A stretch of DNA of 59,563 bases from Acidobacteriota bacterium (GTDB lineage Bacteria; Acidobacteriota; Terriglobia; Acidiferrales; 2-02-FULL-67-57), in NCBI GenBank assembly GCA_016210855.1, contig JACQTJ010000085.1, positions 1 to 59,563 on the forward strand. Reading direction: 5' to 3'. Both the position numbers and the translations under genes were made by a program. This document shows positions 1 to 8,860 of this stretch, in pieces. Each line of letters opens with the position of its first letter. Position 1 is the first letter of the stretch. The notes beneath the pieces were generated by a model. The model did not search any database and was not told the DNA's origin. It worked only from the letters and a program-made list of their open reading frames with translations.

Positions 1-277
1 CGCAGTTCTTCATCAAGAAGACCTGCCCGGGCTTGCCCTGAGGGCGCAGGGCATCGCGCTCCTGCTTGGGGGGCATCAGGATGATGGGGCGGGGGTCGTT
101 GAAGAGGATGCGGTTCGCCTTCTCATCCAGCTTGTAAGCGTTGCAGTTGGCCGGCTTGGGGGGTGGCGCCTGGGTGGCCGGCGCCTGAGCGAGTGCTGGG
201 TGGGCCGCCAGCACCACCAGGATTGGCGGTGCGGCGAGGAGTCGCAAGGCACGGCTCCTCCGGCTCCCGTTTGTCAT
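1..277 (-). CDS. hypothetical exported protein, N-terminal part (gene continues past the left edge)
   Basis: Minus-strand frame is open from ATG 277-275 to the window edge; it is absent from the ORF track because no stop lies in the window. Translation MTNGSRRSRALRLLAAPPILVVLAAHPALAQA... looks like a signal peptide. Strong G/C third-position bias. Confidence 0.5.
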   Translation of the reverse strand, partial: MTNGSRRSRALRLLAAPPILVVLAAHPALAQAPATQAPPPKPANCNAYKLDEKANRILFNDPRPIILMPPKQERDALRPQGKPGQVFLMKNC

Positions 278-604
278 CCCCAAACTCTCTTCCTCGGTTC
301 TCCGGCTGCGGGGAGAAGCAGTCGGCGTCTTCGCCAGCGGCGGCCGGCGTTCGCGGCTGCGTCGAAAGCGGCGGAAGGACTGGCCGGGCTGCCTGGTGAG
401 GCCCCCAACGAAGCGCTGCCATCAAAGCTGATTTGTGCGGGAAAATCAAGGCCCAAGCAAAACTTTTCCCGAGCCTACCCGACCGTTGCCAAGAGCTAGA
501 GGGGCTGCTAGGATTGGGGTTCGACGCGGCGCGCGCTGCGCTCCTCTGCGCGCCGCCCGCACGGCCCGAGTCAGCGGCGTCCGAGCCGCGGAGGAGTCTG
601 TCCC

Positions 605-952
605 ATGTATCGCGGGGGAGCCGGTCAGTGGGCGTGGCTTCTGCACCGCTTGAGCGGGCTGGGCGTTTTGCTTTTTCTTCTCATCCACATTCTGGATACG
701 GGACTGGTGCTGTTCGGGCCGGAGGTGTACGACCGGGTGGTGAAGCTCTACACCCACCCGGTGTTTCGGGTCGGGGAAGTGGGGCTGGCCGCGGCCGTGC
801 TCTACCACGCCCTGAACGGCATCCGGATTACGCTGCTCGATTTCTATCCCGAACTCAGCCCTCGCCAGCGGCAGATCTTCTACGGCGTGGTCTCCCTGTT
901 CGCGCTGGCGTTTCTGCCGATGGCGTACCTGATGCTGAAGCCGCTGTTCTGA
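605..952 (+). CDS. sdhC: succinate dehydrogenase cytochrome b subunit
   Basis: 115-aa, 3-TM protein (WLLHRLSGLGVLLFLLIHIL) directly upstream of sdhD/A/B; GGAGGAG precedes the ATG. Confidence 0.85.
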   Translation: MYRGGAGQWAWLLHRLSGLGVLLFLLIHILDTGLVLFGPEVYDRVVKLYTHPVFRVGEVGLAAAVLYHALNGIRITLLDFYPELSPRQRQIFYGVVSLFALAFLPMAYLMLKPLF

Positions 953-962
953 GGAGTCGCAG

Positions 963-1352
963 ATGGAGCCGAGCTCGGCCGGCGGACGGCCTCGACCCAC
1001 GGGGGGTCTCGAGCTCTACGCCTGGCTGTTCATGCGGGTCTCGGGAGCTTTGCTGCTGCTGCTGGCTCTGGGGCATCTCGCCCTCATGCACCTCATCAAC
1101 AACGTCGAAGCCATCAACTTCGCCTTCGTAGCCGAGCGCTGGGCCAACCCGCTCTGGCGGCTCTACGACTGGTTTTTGCTGGCCCTGGCCCTGGTGCACG
1201 GGTTCAACGGGGTGCGAGTGATGGTGGACGACTACGTGCGCTCGCCGGGGCTGCGGGTGCTGAGCTTGGTGGGAGTGTACGGGTTGACACTCTTCTTCTT
1301 GGTGGCGGGCTCGTTCGTGATTCTGACCTTCCAGCCCATGGCGGGAGGCTGA
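963..1352 (+). CDS. sdhD: succinate dehydrogenase hydrophobic membrane anchor subunit
   Basis: 129-aa hydrophobic protein between sdhC and sdhA; GAGGAG RBS; the stop lies 3 nt before the sdhA start. Confidence 0.75.
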   Translation: MEPSSAGGRPRPTGGLELYAWLFMRVSGALLLLLALGHLALMHLINNVEAINFAFVAERWANPLWRLYDWFLLALALVHGFNGVRVMVDDYVRSPGLRVLSLVGVYGLTLFFLVAGSFVILTFQPMAGG

Positions 1353-1355
1353 GCG

Positions 1356-3104
1356 GTGCCCGCCAGCTATCACCAATTCGAGGCCGTCATCGTGGGTGCC
1401 GGCGGCGCCGGGCTGATGGCAGCCTTGAACCTGCAAGGCCGGGACGTGGCCGTGCTCAGCAAGCTCCACCCGGTGCGCTCCCACACCGGCGCCGCCCAGG
1501 GCGGCATCGGGGCGGCGCTGGGCAACATGGAAGAAGACCACTGGGAGTGGCACATGTTCGACACTGTCAAGGGGTCGGACTACTTGGCTGACCAGGACGC
1601 CGTGGAAATCCTGGCCCGGGAAGCCATTGAGACGGTGCTCGAGCTCGAGCACCGCGGGCTGCCGTTCAGCCGCACCCCGGACGGCAAGATCGCTCAACGG
1701 CCCTTCGGGGGCCACACCCGGGAGTACGGCAAGGCGGCGGTGCGCCGGGCTTGCTACGCCGCCGACCGCACTGGCCACATGATTCTGCAAACCCTCTACC
1801 AGCAGTGCATCCGGAACCAGGTCAAGTTCTTCAACGAATACCTGGTGCTGGAGCTGTTGGTGGAAGGCGGCCGAGTGGCCGGGGTGGTGGCGCTCTCGGT
1901 GGCCGACGGCTCGCTGCACGTCTTCCACGCCAAGGCGGTGCTGTTTGCCACCGGCGGCTGCGGGCGCATCTACCAGATCACCTCGAACGCCCACGCCCTC
2001 ACCGGCGACGGCATGGCGGTGGCCTGGCGGGCGGGTGTGCCCCTCGAGGACATGGAGTTCTTCCAGTTCCACCCCACCGGGATTTACAAGATGGGGATTC
2101 TCATCACCGAAGGGGCGCGCGGGGAAGGGGGCAAGCTCTTCAACGGGCGCGGCGAGCGCTTCATGGAGAAGTACGCGCCGACCCTGTTGGACCTGGCCCC
2201 CCGGGACATCATCTCCCGCGCCATCTACCGGGAGCTGCGCCAGGGCCACGGCATCGAAGGCAAGTGGTATGTCCACCTCGACCTGCGGCACCTGGGGCGG
2301 GCGGTGATCGAGACCAAGCTGCCCGACATCACCGACTTCGTGCGCACCTACCTGGGCATTGACCCGGTCGAAGCCCCCATCCCCGTCCAGCCCACCGCCC
2401 ACTACGCCATGGGCGGCATCCCCACCGACGTCTGGGGTCGCGTGGTGTTCGACGAAAAGAACAAAGTCCTGCCCGGCTTCTACGCTGCCGGGGAGTGTGC
2501 CTGCGTTTCGGTGCACGGCGCGAATCGTCTGGGAACGAACTCGCTGGTGGATATCCTGGTGTTCGGCCGGCGGGCGGGGCGCGACATGGCCCGCTTCGTG
2601 GCCGAGAACGACTTCCCCCCGCTGCCCCGGCAGCCGGAAGAGTCGGCGCTTCGGTGGCTGAGCCGGTTGCGGGAGGGCGGGAATGGCGGGGCGGCGCGAC
2701 GGGTCTCGGTGGGCGAGCTGCGGGACACCTTGCAGGGGGAGATGATGGACAAGGCCTCGGTCTTCCGTGATGGCAAGCTGCTCACCGAAGTGGGCGAGAA
2801 GCTCCAGGAGCTGAAGGAGCGCTACCAGGAGGCCACCATCCAGGACCGCGGCCGGGTGTTCAACACCGATTTGGTGGAGGCCATCGAGCTCGGGTTCCTG
2901 CTTGACGTCGCCCACACCGTGGCCGTCGGGGCCCTGACCCGCCAGGAAAGCCGCGGGGCCCACTCGCGCGAGGACTTCCCGCAGCGCGACGACAAGAACT
3001 GGCTCAAGCACTCGCTCGCCTATCGCACCCCGAGCGGAGGGATTGAACTGAAGTACAAACCGGTTACCATTACCCGGTTCCAGCCCCAGGAGCGGAAATA
3101 CTGA
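1356..3104 (+). CDS. sdhA: succinate dehydrogenase flavoprotein subunit
   Basis: N-terminal FAD fold [10 protein letters not shown], covalent-FAD region [10 protein letters not shown], typical SdhA/FrdA length (582 aa), GTG start after GGGAGG. Confidence 0.97.
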   Translation: MPASYHQFEAVIVGAGGAGLMAALNLQGRDVAVLSKLHPVRSHTGAAQGGIGAALGNMEEDHWEWHMFDTVKGSDYLADQDAVEILAREAIETVLELEHRGLPFSRTPDGKIAQRPFGGHTREYGKAAVRRACYAADRTGHMILQTLYQQCIRNQVKFFNEYLVLELLVEGGRVAGVVALSVADGSLHVFHAKAVLFATGGCGRIYQITSNAHALTGDGMAVAWRAGVPLEDMEFFQFHPTGIYKMGILITEGARGEGGKLFNGRGERFMEKYAPTLLDLAPRDIISRAIYRELRQGHGIEGKWYVHLDLRHLGRAVIETKLPDITDFVRTYLGIDPVEAPIPVQPTAHYAMGGIPTDVWGRVVFDEKNKVLPGFYAAGECACVSVHGANRLGTNSLVDILVFGRRAGRDMARFVAENDFPPLPRQPEESALRWLSRLREGGNGGAARRVSVGELRDTLQGEMMDKASVFRDGKLLTEVGEKLQELKERYQEATIQDRGRVFNTDLVEAIELGFLLDVAHTVAVGALTRQESRGAHSREDFPQRDDKNWLKHSLAYRTPSGGIELKYKPVTITRFQPQERKY

Positions 3105-3118
3105 GCCGAGGGAACCGC

Positions 3119-3817
3119 ATGCGAGTCAAGCTGCGCATCAAGCGATTTGACGGGGAGGGCGACCGGGAGCCCTACTGGGCCGAGTACGAGGTGGAGGCCG
3201 AGCCCACCGACCGGCTGCTCGACGCCTTGCACGCGGTGAAGTGGTACCAGGACGGCACGCTCTCCTTCCGGCGCTCCTGCGCCCATGGGGTGTGCGGGTC
3301 GGACGCCATGCTGATCAACGGCCGGAACCGCCTGGCCTGCAAGGTGCTGGTCAAGGACCTGGGGGAGCGGATTACGGTCGAGCCCCTGCGCGGCTATCCG
3401 GTCATCAAGGACCTGGTGGTGGACCAGACCGCCTTCTTCCAGAAGTACGAATCGGTGAAGCCCTACCTGAGCCCCGAGGGCGAGCCGCCGGCCCGCGAGC
3501 GCTTGCAGACCCCGGAGCAGCGGGAGCGGTTCGACGACACCACCAAGTGCATCCTGTGCGCGGCCTGCACGACGTCGTGCCCGTCGTTCTGGTCGAATCC
3601 CGACTACGTGGGCCCGGCGGCCATCGTCAACGCCCACCGGTTCCTCTTCGACAGCCGCGACGCCGCCACCGCCGAGCGGCTGGCGGGGCTGAACGGGACT
3701 GACGGGGTGTGGCGCTGCCGCACCGTGTTCAACTGCGTAGAGGCCTGTCCGCGGGGGATTGACATCACCCGGGCCATCGGCGAAGTGAAGAAAGCGCTGC
3801 TGCTGGGGCGCACTTAG
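3119..3817 (+). CDS. sdhB: succinate dehydrogenase iron-sulfur subunit
   Basis: 2Fe-2S motif (CAHGVCGSDAM...C) and 4Fe-4S/3Fe-4S motifs (CILCAACTTSCP, CRTVFNCVEACP). Confidence 0.97.
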   Translation: MRVKLRIKRFDGEGDREPYWAEYEVEAEPTDRLLDALHAVKWYQDGTLSFRRSCAHGVCGSDAMLINGRNRLACKVLVKDLGERITVEPLRGYPVIKDLVVDQTAFFQKYESVKPYLSPEGEPPARERLQTPEQRERFDDTTKCILCAACTTSCPSFWSNPDYVGPAAIVNAHRFLFDSRDAATAERLAGLNGTDGVWRCRTVFNCVEACPRGIDITRAIGEVKKALLLGRT

Positions 3818-3890
3818 GCGCGACGCCGGGCAGGGAATTGGCTTATAATTTAGGGTCTGCACGAAGGGGACCCGGAGGGAGTGAGACACC

Positions 3891-4409
3891 ATGGGAGCTC
3901 CATTGGGCGTGGCCCGGGTGATTGCCGAGATGGTCAAGGACAAGGGCCCGTTGGATGCGGCTGTGGGCAATCAGGTGGCGGGTGCCATCGCCAAACACTT
4001 CAAGGTAAAACCGGACGAGGTGGCCATTCTGCGGATGTCGCCGACCGGCAAGCAGCTCGAGTTCATCGTCCCGGAAAAGCTCGGCAAGGTGGGCACCATC
4101 CCCATGACCAGCACCAACGCCCTGGCGGTGCGGACGGCGCGGGACAAGCGAACCGAGTTCGTCAACAACTTCACCGCCGCCGCTCACCCCACTGTCTTCG
4201 AGGCCGTCAAGCTCAGCAAGGAAGGCGGCGACCCCATCCAGAAAATCATCAGCATCCCCGTGCTGGCCGAAGGCAAGACCGTCGGGGTCATCCAGGTCTC
4301 CCGCAAGGGGAAGACCACGGGGGCGGCGGGGCCAGACTTCGGGCCCAAAGACGTTGAAGAGCTGAACCAGATCGCCACCACTCTCGTCCCGTGCCTCAAG
4401 GCCAGCTGA
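3891..4409 (+). CDS. GAF domain-containing protein (stand-alone)
   Basis: 172-aa ORF with good coding bias and GAF-like sequence (...IPVLAEGKTVGVIQVSRK...). TATAAT at 3845-3850 and GGAGGGA lie upstream. Confidence 0.65.
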   Translation: MGAPLGVARVIAEMVKDKGPLDAAVGNQVAGAIAKHFKVKPDEVAILRMSPTGKQLEFIVPEKLGKVGTIPMTSTNALAVRTARDKRTEFVNNFTAAAHPTVFEAVKLSKEGGDPIQKIISIPVLAEGKTVGVIQVSRKGKTTGAAGPDFGPKDVEELNQIATTLVPCLKAS

Positions 4410-4420
4410 GAGAAACCACC

Positions 4421-6148
4421 GTGAGGGCGGCCCGAGGGGCCGCCAGCCGGGCGGGAGTGGGTCTGCTCGTCTGCCTGGCGCTGGCGCTGGCGGCCGCGCC
4501 CGGACCGCCGGCCGAGCCGACACTTCACCTCACCGTGCTCGCCACCACCGACGTGCACGGCCACGTGCGCCCCTATGACTACCTGCTCGGGCGGGAGGCC
4601 GACCGCGGCCTGGCCAAGGTGGCGAGCTACGTGAAGCAGGTGCGCGCCCGCCAGCCCTACACCCTGGTCCTCGATTGCGGGGACACTTTCCAGGGAACCC
4701 CGCTTGCCTATCTCTATGCCGAGAAGTACACGACTGAAGCCAATCCGGTGGTGGCGGCGATGAACTCCATCGGCTATGACGCCATGGCGGTCGGCAACCA
4801 CGAGTTCAACTTCGGGCTGGAAGCGGTGTGGGGGTTGAAGGACCAGGCCCGCTTTCCCATCTTGGCGGCGAACGTGGCCTCCACCTACCACGACCCGAAG
4901 CGCGACTTTGAGCCTTACCTCATCCGCTCGGTGGGCGGGGTACGGGTGGCGATTCTCGGGATGGTGACGCCGTCGGTACCGCGCTGGGAGCCGCCCGAGC
5001 ACCGCACCGGCTACCATTTCCGCGACCTGGTTGAAACCGCCAAGCGGTACGTGCCGGAGCTGCGCCGCAAGGCCGACTTAGTCATCCTCATCGTCCACTC
5101 AGGGCTAGGACGCAACCCGGAAACCGGCGAGCGCGAGGAGGAGCTCTACCCCGAGGAAGACCGCGTCTGGGACATCGCCGAGGCCGCTCCCGGGCTCGAC
5201 GCCATCATTTTCGGCCACACCCATCAGGAGTTGCCGGGGAAGCTCGTGAACGGCGTGCTGCTGGTGCAGCCGAGAAACTGGGCGCAGTCCGTGGCCGAAG
5301 TGGAGTTCGAGCTCGCCCGCGCCGGCGACCGCTGGACGCTGGTAGAGAAGCGCAGCCGGTTGGTGGCGATGGACGCCACCGTGCCGGCCGACCCGGACGT
5401 CTTGGAATTGACCCACACCGCCCACCAGCGCACCGAAAAGTACCTGAACACCGTGGTCGCGGAGCTTGACCGGGACCTGAACGCCCGCACCGGGCGGGTC
5501 GAGGACACACCGCTGGTGGAGCTCATCCAGCGGGCGCAGCTTCGCTACGGTCAGGCGGAGGTCTCGCTGGCATCGCTGTTTTCGAGCGGAACGCGCTGGC
5601 GGGCGGGCCCGCTCACCATCCGGGACGTCTACCGGCTCTACTTCTATGAGAACAAGCTCTTCACCGTGGAAGTGACCGGGGCGCAGCTCAAGGAAGCCCT
5701 CGAATACTCAGCCCGCAGCTTCAACACCTATCCCTGGCCGGAGGGCGGCTCGCCTTTTGCGGACGTACCCGGCTACAACTACGACATGGCCGACGGGGTG
5801 AGCTACCAGATTGACCTGAGCCGGCCACCCGGCGAGCGCATCCGGAACTTGCAGTTCCAGGGGGCGCCGCTCGCGCCCGAGCGACGCCTGCGCCTGGCGT
5901 TGAACAGCTACCGGTGGTCGGGCGGCGGCCGCTACGACATGCTCCGTCACGCCAGGATTGTCCACCGGGCCGACGCCGAGGTGCGCGAGCTGATTATTGA
6001 CTATCTTCTCGAGAACAAAAAAGTCGAGACCGCGGCGGACAACAACTGGGAGATTGTTCCCGCTGCCGCCCGCCAGGCCCTGCTTGACTGGATGAACACC
6101 CCGCCGCCGGCCCGCCTGCCGGCCACCGCCGCCACCGTCCCGAATTAG
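4421..6148 (+). CDS. bifunctional metallophosphatase/5'-nucleotidase family protein, exported
   Basis: Calcineurin-like phosphoesterase motifs (TTDVHGH, GDTFQG, GNHEFN, GHTH) plus a 5'-nucleotidase C-terminal region. The GTG at 4421 gives a clean signal peptide; the track start at 4391 is an alternative. Confidence 0.85.
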   Translation: MRAARGAASRAGVGLLVCLALALAAAPGPPAEPTLHLTVLATTDVHGHVRPYDYLLGREADRGLAKVASYVKQVRARQPYTLVLDCGDTFQGTPLAYLYAEKYTTEANPVVAAMNSIGYDAMAVGNHEFNFGLEAVWGLKDQARFPILAANVASTYHDPKRDFEPYLIRSVGGVRVAILGMVTPSVPRWEPPEHRTGYHFRDLVETAKRYVPELRRKADLVILIVHSGLGRNPETGEREEELYPEEDRVWDIAEAAPGLDAIIFGHTHQELPGKLVNGVLLVQPRNWAQSVAEVEFELARAGDRWTLVEKRSRLVAMDATVPADPDVLELTHTAHQRTEKYLNTVVAELDRDLNARTGRVEDTPLVELIQRAQLRYGQAEVSLASLFSSGTRWRAGPLTIRDVYRLYFYENKLFTVEVTGAQLKEALEYSARSFNTYPWPEGGSPFADVPGYNYDMADGVSYQIDLSRPPGERIRNLQFQGAPLAPERRLRLALNSYRWSGGGRYDMLRHARIVHRADAEVRELIIDYLLENKKVETAADNNWEIVPAAARQALLDWMNTPPPARLPATAATVPN

Positions 6149-6173
6149 AAGTGCAGGCGCGCCACCCTCTGCT

Positions 6174-6267
6174 TGTCATTCCGAGCGAAGCGAGGAATCT
6201 GCTTGTTGGAAAAGCAGACCTCTCGGCCCTTCGGCTTCGCTCAGGGCAAGCAGGCTCGGGGTGACAA
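6174..6267. repeat. inverted pair of GC-rich hairpin repeats between convergent genes
   Basis: Copy 6174-6202 (tgtcATTCCgagcgaagcgaGGAATctgc) and an inverted copy at 6217-6267 (reverse complement ttgtcaccccgagcctgcttgccctgagcgaagccgaaggg...). A central 7-bp hairpin lies at 6198-6218. Confidence 0.8.
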
Positions 6268-6280
6268 TCGAGTTGAGTGG

Positions 6281-7597
6281 TCAGTCGTAGTACTCGGTGC
6301 CGAGGTGGGTGATGAGGCGCTCGCCGCGGAGCCAGCGCAGGGTGTTCTTGAGCTTCATGAGCTGGATGAAGAGGTCGTGCTCGGGGTAGAGGGCGGGAGC
6401 GCACATCGGGGACTTGAAGTAGAAGCTCAGCCACTCCTGGATGCCGCGCAGGCCGGCGCGCTGGGCGAGGTCGAGGAAGAGGACGAGGTCAAGGACGAGC
6501 GGGGCGGCCAGGATGGAGTCGCGGCAGAGGAAGTTAATCTTGAGCTGCATGGGGTAGCGGAGCCAGCCGAAGATGTCGATGTTGTCCCAGCCTTCCTTGT
6601 TGTCGCCGCGGGGCGGGTAGTAATTGATGCGGACGACGTGGGAGAAGCCGCCGTAGAGTTCGGGGTAGAGCTTGGGCTGGAGGATGTATTCGAGCACGCC
6701 GAGTTTGGATTCCTCCTTGGTCTTGAAGGACTCGGGGTCGTCGAGGACCTCGCCGTCGCGGTTGCCCAGGATGTTGGTGGAGAACCAGCCGTGCAGGCCG
6801 ATGAGGCGCGACTTCAAGCCCGGGGCGATGATGGTCTTCATCAGCGTCTGTCCAGTCTTGAAGTCTTTGCCAGCCACGGGGACGCGCTTTTCCTGGGCCA
6901 GGTCTTGCAAGGCGGGAATGTCGACGGTGAGGTTGGGGGCGCCGTTCGCAAACGGGACGCCGCAGCGCAAGGCGGCGTAGGCGTAGAGCATCGAGGGGGG
7001 GATGGCTTCGTGGTTCTGCTTGAGAGCCTTCTCGAAGCTGGCCAGATCGCGATGCAGCCGGTGCGGCTTCATGTAGACTTCGGTGGAGCCACACCAGATC
7101 ATCACCAGGCGCTTGGCCCCGCTCGTGGCCCGGAACTTCTCGATGTCCTCTTGGAGCTGCTGGGCCAGGTCCCATTTGCTCGAGCCCCTCTTGAGGTAGG
7201 TGCCGTCCAGCCGGCGCACGTAGCGGCGGTCGAAGACCGCCTTCATGGGTCGGATGGAGCTCAAGAACGGCTTCACCCGTTCCAGGTGTTCCGCGCTCAG
7301 CACGCCGGCCTTGCGCGCCGTCTGGTAGGCGTCGTCGGGGAAGATGTCCCAGCCGCCGAAGACCAGGTCGTCGAGCTTGGCCAGCGGAACGAAGTCTTTG
7401 ATGGCCGGGGAGCGGTGCTCGGTGCGCTTGCCCAGGCGGATCGTGCCCATCTGGGTGAGCGAGCCGATGGGAGCCGCCTGCCCGCGGCGGATAAGCTCTA
7501 CCCCGGCGATGAAGGTGGTGGTGACCGCACCCATCCCCGGCGTCAACACCCCCAGCTTGCCTTTGGGGGGAGCGATTTTGGCGGGACGGCGAATCAT
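6281..7597 (-). CDS. ino1: inositol-3-phosphate synthase (myo-inositol-1-phosphate synthase)
   Basis: 438-aa protein with a typical bacterial/archaeal MIPS sequence across its full length (GVLTPGMGAVTTTFIAG..., ...NILGNRDGEVL...). Confidence 0.93.
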   Translation of the reverse strand: MIRRPAKIAPPKGKLGVLTPGMGAVTTTFIAGVELIRRGQAAPIGSLTQMGTIRLGKRTEHRSPAIKDFVPLAKLDDLVFGGWDIFPDDAYQTARKAGVLSAEHLERVKPFLSSIRPMKAVFDRRYVRRLDGTYLKRGSSKWDLAQQLQEDIEKFRATSGAKRLVMIWCGSTEVYMKPHRLHRDLASFEKALKQNHEAIPPSMLYAYAALRCGVPFANGAPNLTVDIPALQDLAQEKRVPVAGKDFKTGQTLMKTIIAPGLKSRLIGLHGWFSTNILGNRDGEVLDDPESFKTKEESKLGVLEYILQPKLYPELYGGFSHVVRINYYPPRGDNKEGWDNIDIFGWLRYPMQLKINFLCRDSILAAPLVLDLVLFLDLAQRAGLRGIQEWLSFYFKSPMCAPALYPEHDLFIQLMKLKNTLRWLRGERLITHLGTEYYD

Positions 7598-7740
7598 TCG
7601 CGCGCTCTCGGGTGATTCATGGGGGGCTTACGGCGGCGGTCCCGAATCCCGGACTGTCGGGCCGGGGCGCCCTCCCGAAAGCCGGTATCATCCGTCATCC
7701 GGTGGCGTTTTGCAAGTCTGGCGCTGCCGGGCCGGGCGGC

Positions 7741-8016
7741 TCAAAAGGAAGGCGTCCGAACCGCGGGGAAGAGCAGAAAAAAGATCTGGAGAACGCTGAT
7801 AAGCGTGCCAAACGGCAAGTCGGCGTGGGCGGCCCTGCCTGCTTTCTTCCTCATTTCGGCCGCCCCCGGATCGTGCTGGGTGCACAAGTCTTTTCCCCGC
7901 CAGCTCTTTTGCCGGCACCGCTTTCCATCCGCCAGCACCTCCCTACAGCGCCGCTCCGGCGAGATTCCCGCCGAATCTCGCCCCTCAACTGCTTTGTCTC
8001 CAGCCACTTCCTTCAT
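7741..8016 (-). CDS. possible small basic protein or gene remnant with a C-x7-C-x10-C-x2-H motif
   Basis: The only protein-like ORF in the 1.26-kb gene-poor region: MKEVAGDK...RCREVLADGKRCRQKSWRGKDLCTQHDP.... G/C third-position bias is weaker than in neighbours, the RBS is weak, and the start is uncertain (track ORF 7741-8175). Confidence 0.25.
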   Translation of the reverse strand: MKEVAGDKAVEGRDSAGISPERRCREVLADGKRCRQKSWRGKDLCTQHDPGAAEMRKKAGRAAHADLPFGTLISVLQIFFLLFPAVRTPSF

Positions 8017-8113
8017 GACCCCACCCCCGGGGGATACGCAACTCCTTGATTTCTCGGCCCTTCTCATGCGACATTTCCCGAAATCTCCCCCATCCCATTG
8101 AGCCTTCTGCCCT

Positions 8114-8270
8114 TCTCGCTCTGTCATCCTGCCTGCCCTGAGCAGAGCCGAGGGGAGCGAAGCGAAGGATCTCAATCCGAGCCGTTGCGTTCCCTGAGTG
8201 TCATCCCGAGCCTGTCCCGAGCGGAGTCGAGGGACGAAGTCGAGGGACGCAGCGAGCGATCTGCTTTTGC
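8114..8270. repeat. two adjacent members of the hairpin-repeat family (A1 8114-8175, B1 8171-8270)
   Basis: A1 is near-identical to 8558-8619 (2 mismatches in 62 nt). B1 is ~88% identical to 10071-10180. Confidence 0.85.
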
Positions 8271-8440
8271 TTGCGCCCTCTCCGTTGGCTTTTTGTCCTG
8301 CGGCTCCCGCGTCGAGTCACGCCGCTAGTTACCCGTTTCCGCTCGCCCTTGTCTACGGTTGCTGCGGTTTCTGCGTATTCTGCGGACGTTTATTTTCGCG
8401 AGCCCGCTTTTTGGCCTCAAAACCTGCATGGCAAAACCGT

Positions 8441-8557
8441 GAAATCCGCATCCTTCAGGATGCGCGATTTCACCCTGAGCTTGCCGAATGGGCGAAATCC
8501 GCAACCGCTAGGGTGCGGATTTCGTCCTGAGCCCGTCGAAGGGCAGAATCCGCGCCG
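8441..8557. repeat. array of alternating GAAATCCGC / GCGGATTTC arms with embedded CCTGAGC...CGAAGGG units
   Basis: Hairpins at 8441-8471 and 8493-8524. Repeat units at 8467-8498 (ATTTC/GAAAT) and 8517-8551 (GGATT/AATCC). Confidence 0.75.
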
Positions 8558-8619
8558 TCTCGCTCTGTCATCCTGCCTGCCCTGAGCAGAGCCGAAGGGA
8601 CCGAAGCGAAGGATCTCAA
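8558..8619. repeat. hairpin-repeat copy A2 (direct repeat of 8114-8175)
   Basis: tctcgctctgtcATCCTgcctgccctgagcagagccgaagggaccgaagcgaAGGATctcaa; 60/62 identical to A1. Confidence 0.9.
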
Positions 8620-8860
8620 AATGATCTTCCAGCTTAGAGCTTCAAAAACCAGGGCATCGATCCGGTCGCTTCAATACCCACCCGGATGGGGCCTGGGAGC
8701 GAAGCATAAAATTCCCGCCCCTTCTCCGCTTCGTGCCTGAGTGTTTTCTCACGACATCACCAAAGGCGCCGCAGAACTGGGGATCGACCTCAGGGAGCAC
8801 ATCGCCTTGTGCATCGAGGCCATGAAGGGGACGCGGGAGGGCTAGGGCTGGCAGGAAGCG

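Noticed and set aside
855-3011. 718-aa minus-strand ORF opposite sdhD/sdhA.
   Set aside because: It is antisense to an unmistakable sdhA. The composition is low-complexity and rich in Arg, Gly, Ala and Pro, typical of stop-free antisense frames in high-GC DNA.
7597-7620. 8-codon upstream ORF (MNHPRARE) overlapping the ino1 start by ATGA.
   Set aside because: It has no RBS and is very short, so chance occurrence is likely. It cannot be supported without ribosome profiling.
8098-8585. Plus-strand ORFs 8098-8328, 8198-8530 and 8271-8585, and 9979-10209, encoding peptides such as SRACPERSRGTKSRD.
   Set aside because: They are translations of the hairpin repeat units. The same peptide-like strings recur wherever the repeat occurs, in different frames and contexts.
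8114-8619. Possible CRISPR array, given repeated units with intervening sequence.
   Set aside because: Units are heterogeneous in length and sequence, spacing is irregular (from 0 to ~380 nt), there is no uniform repeat/spacer period, and no cas genes are present.
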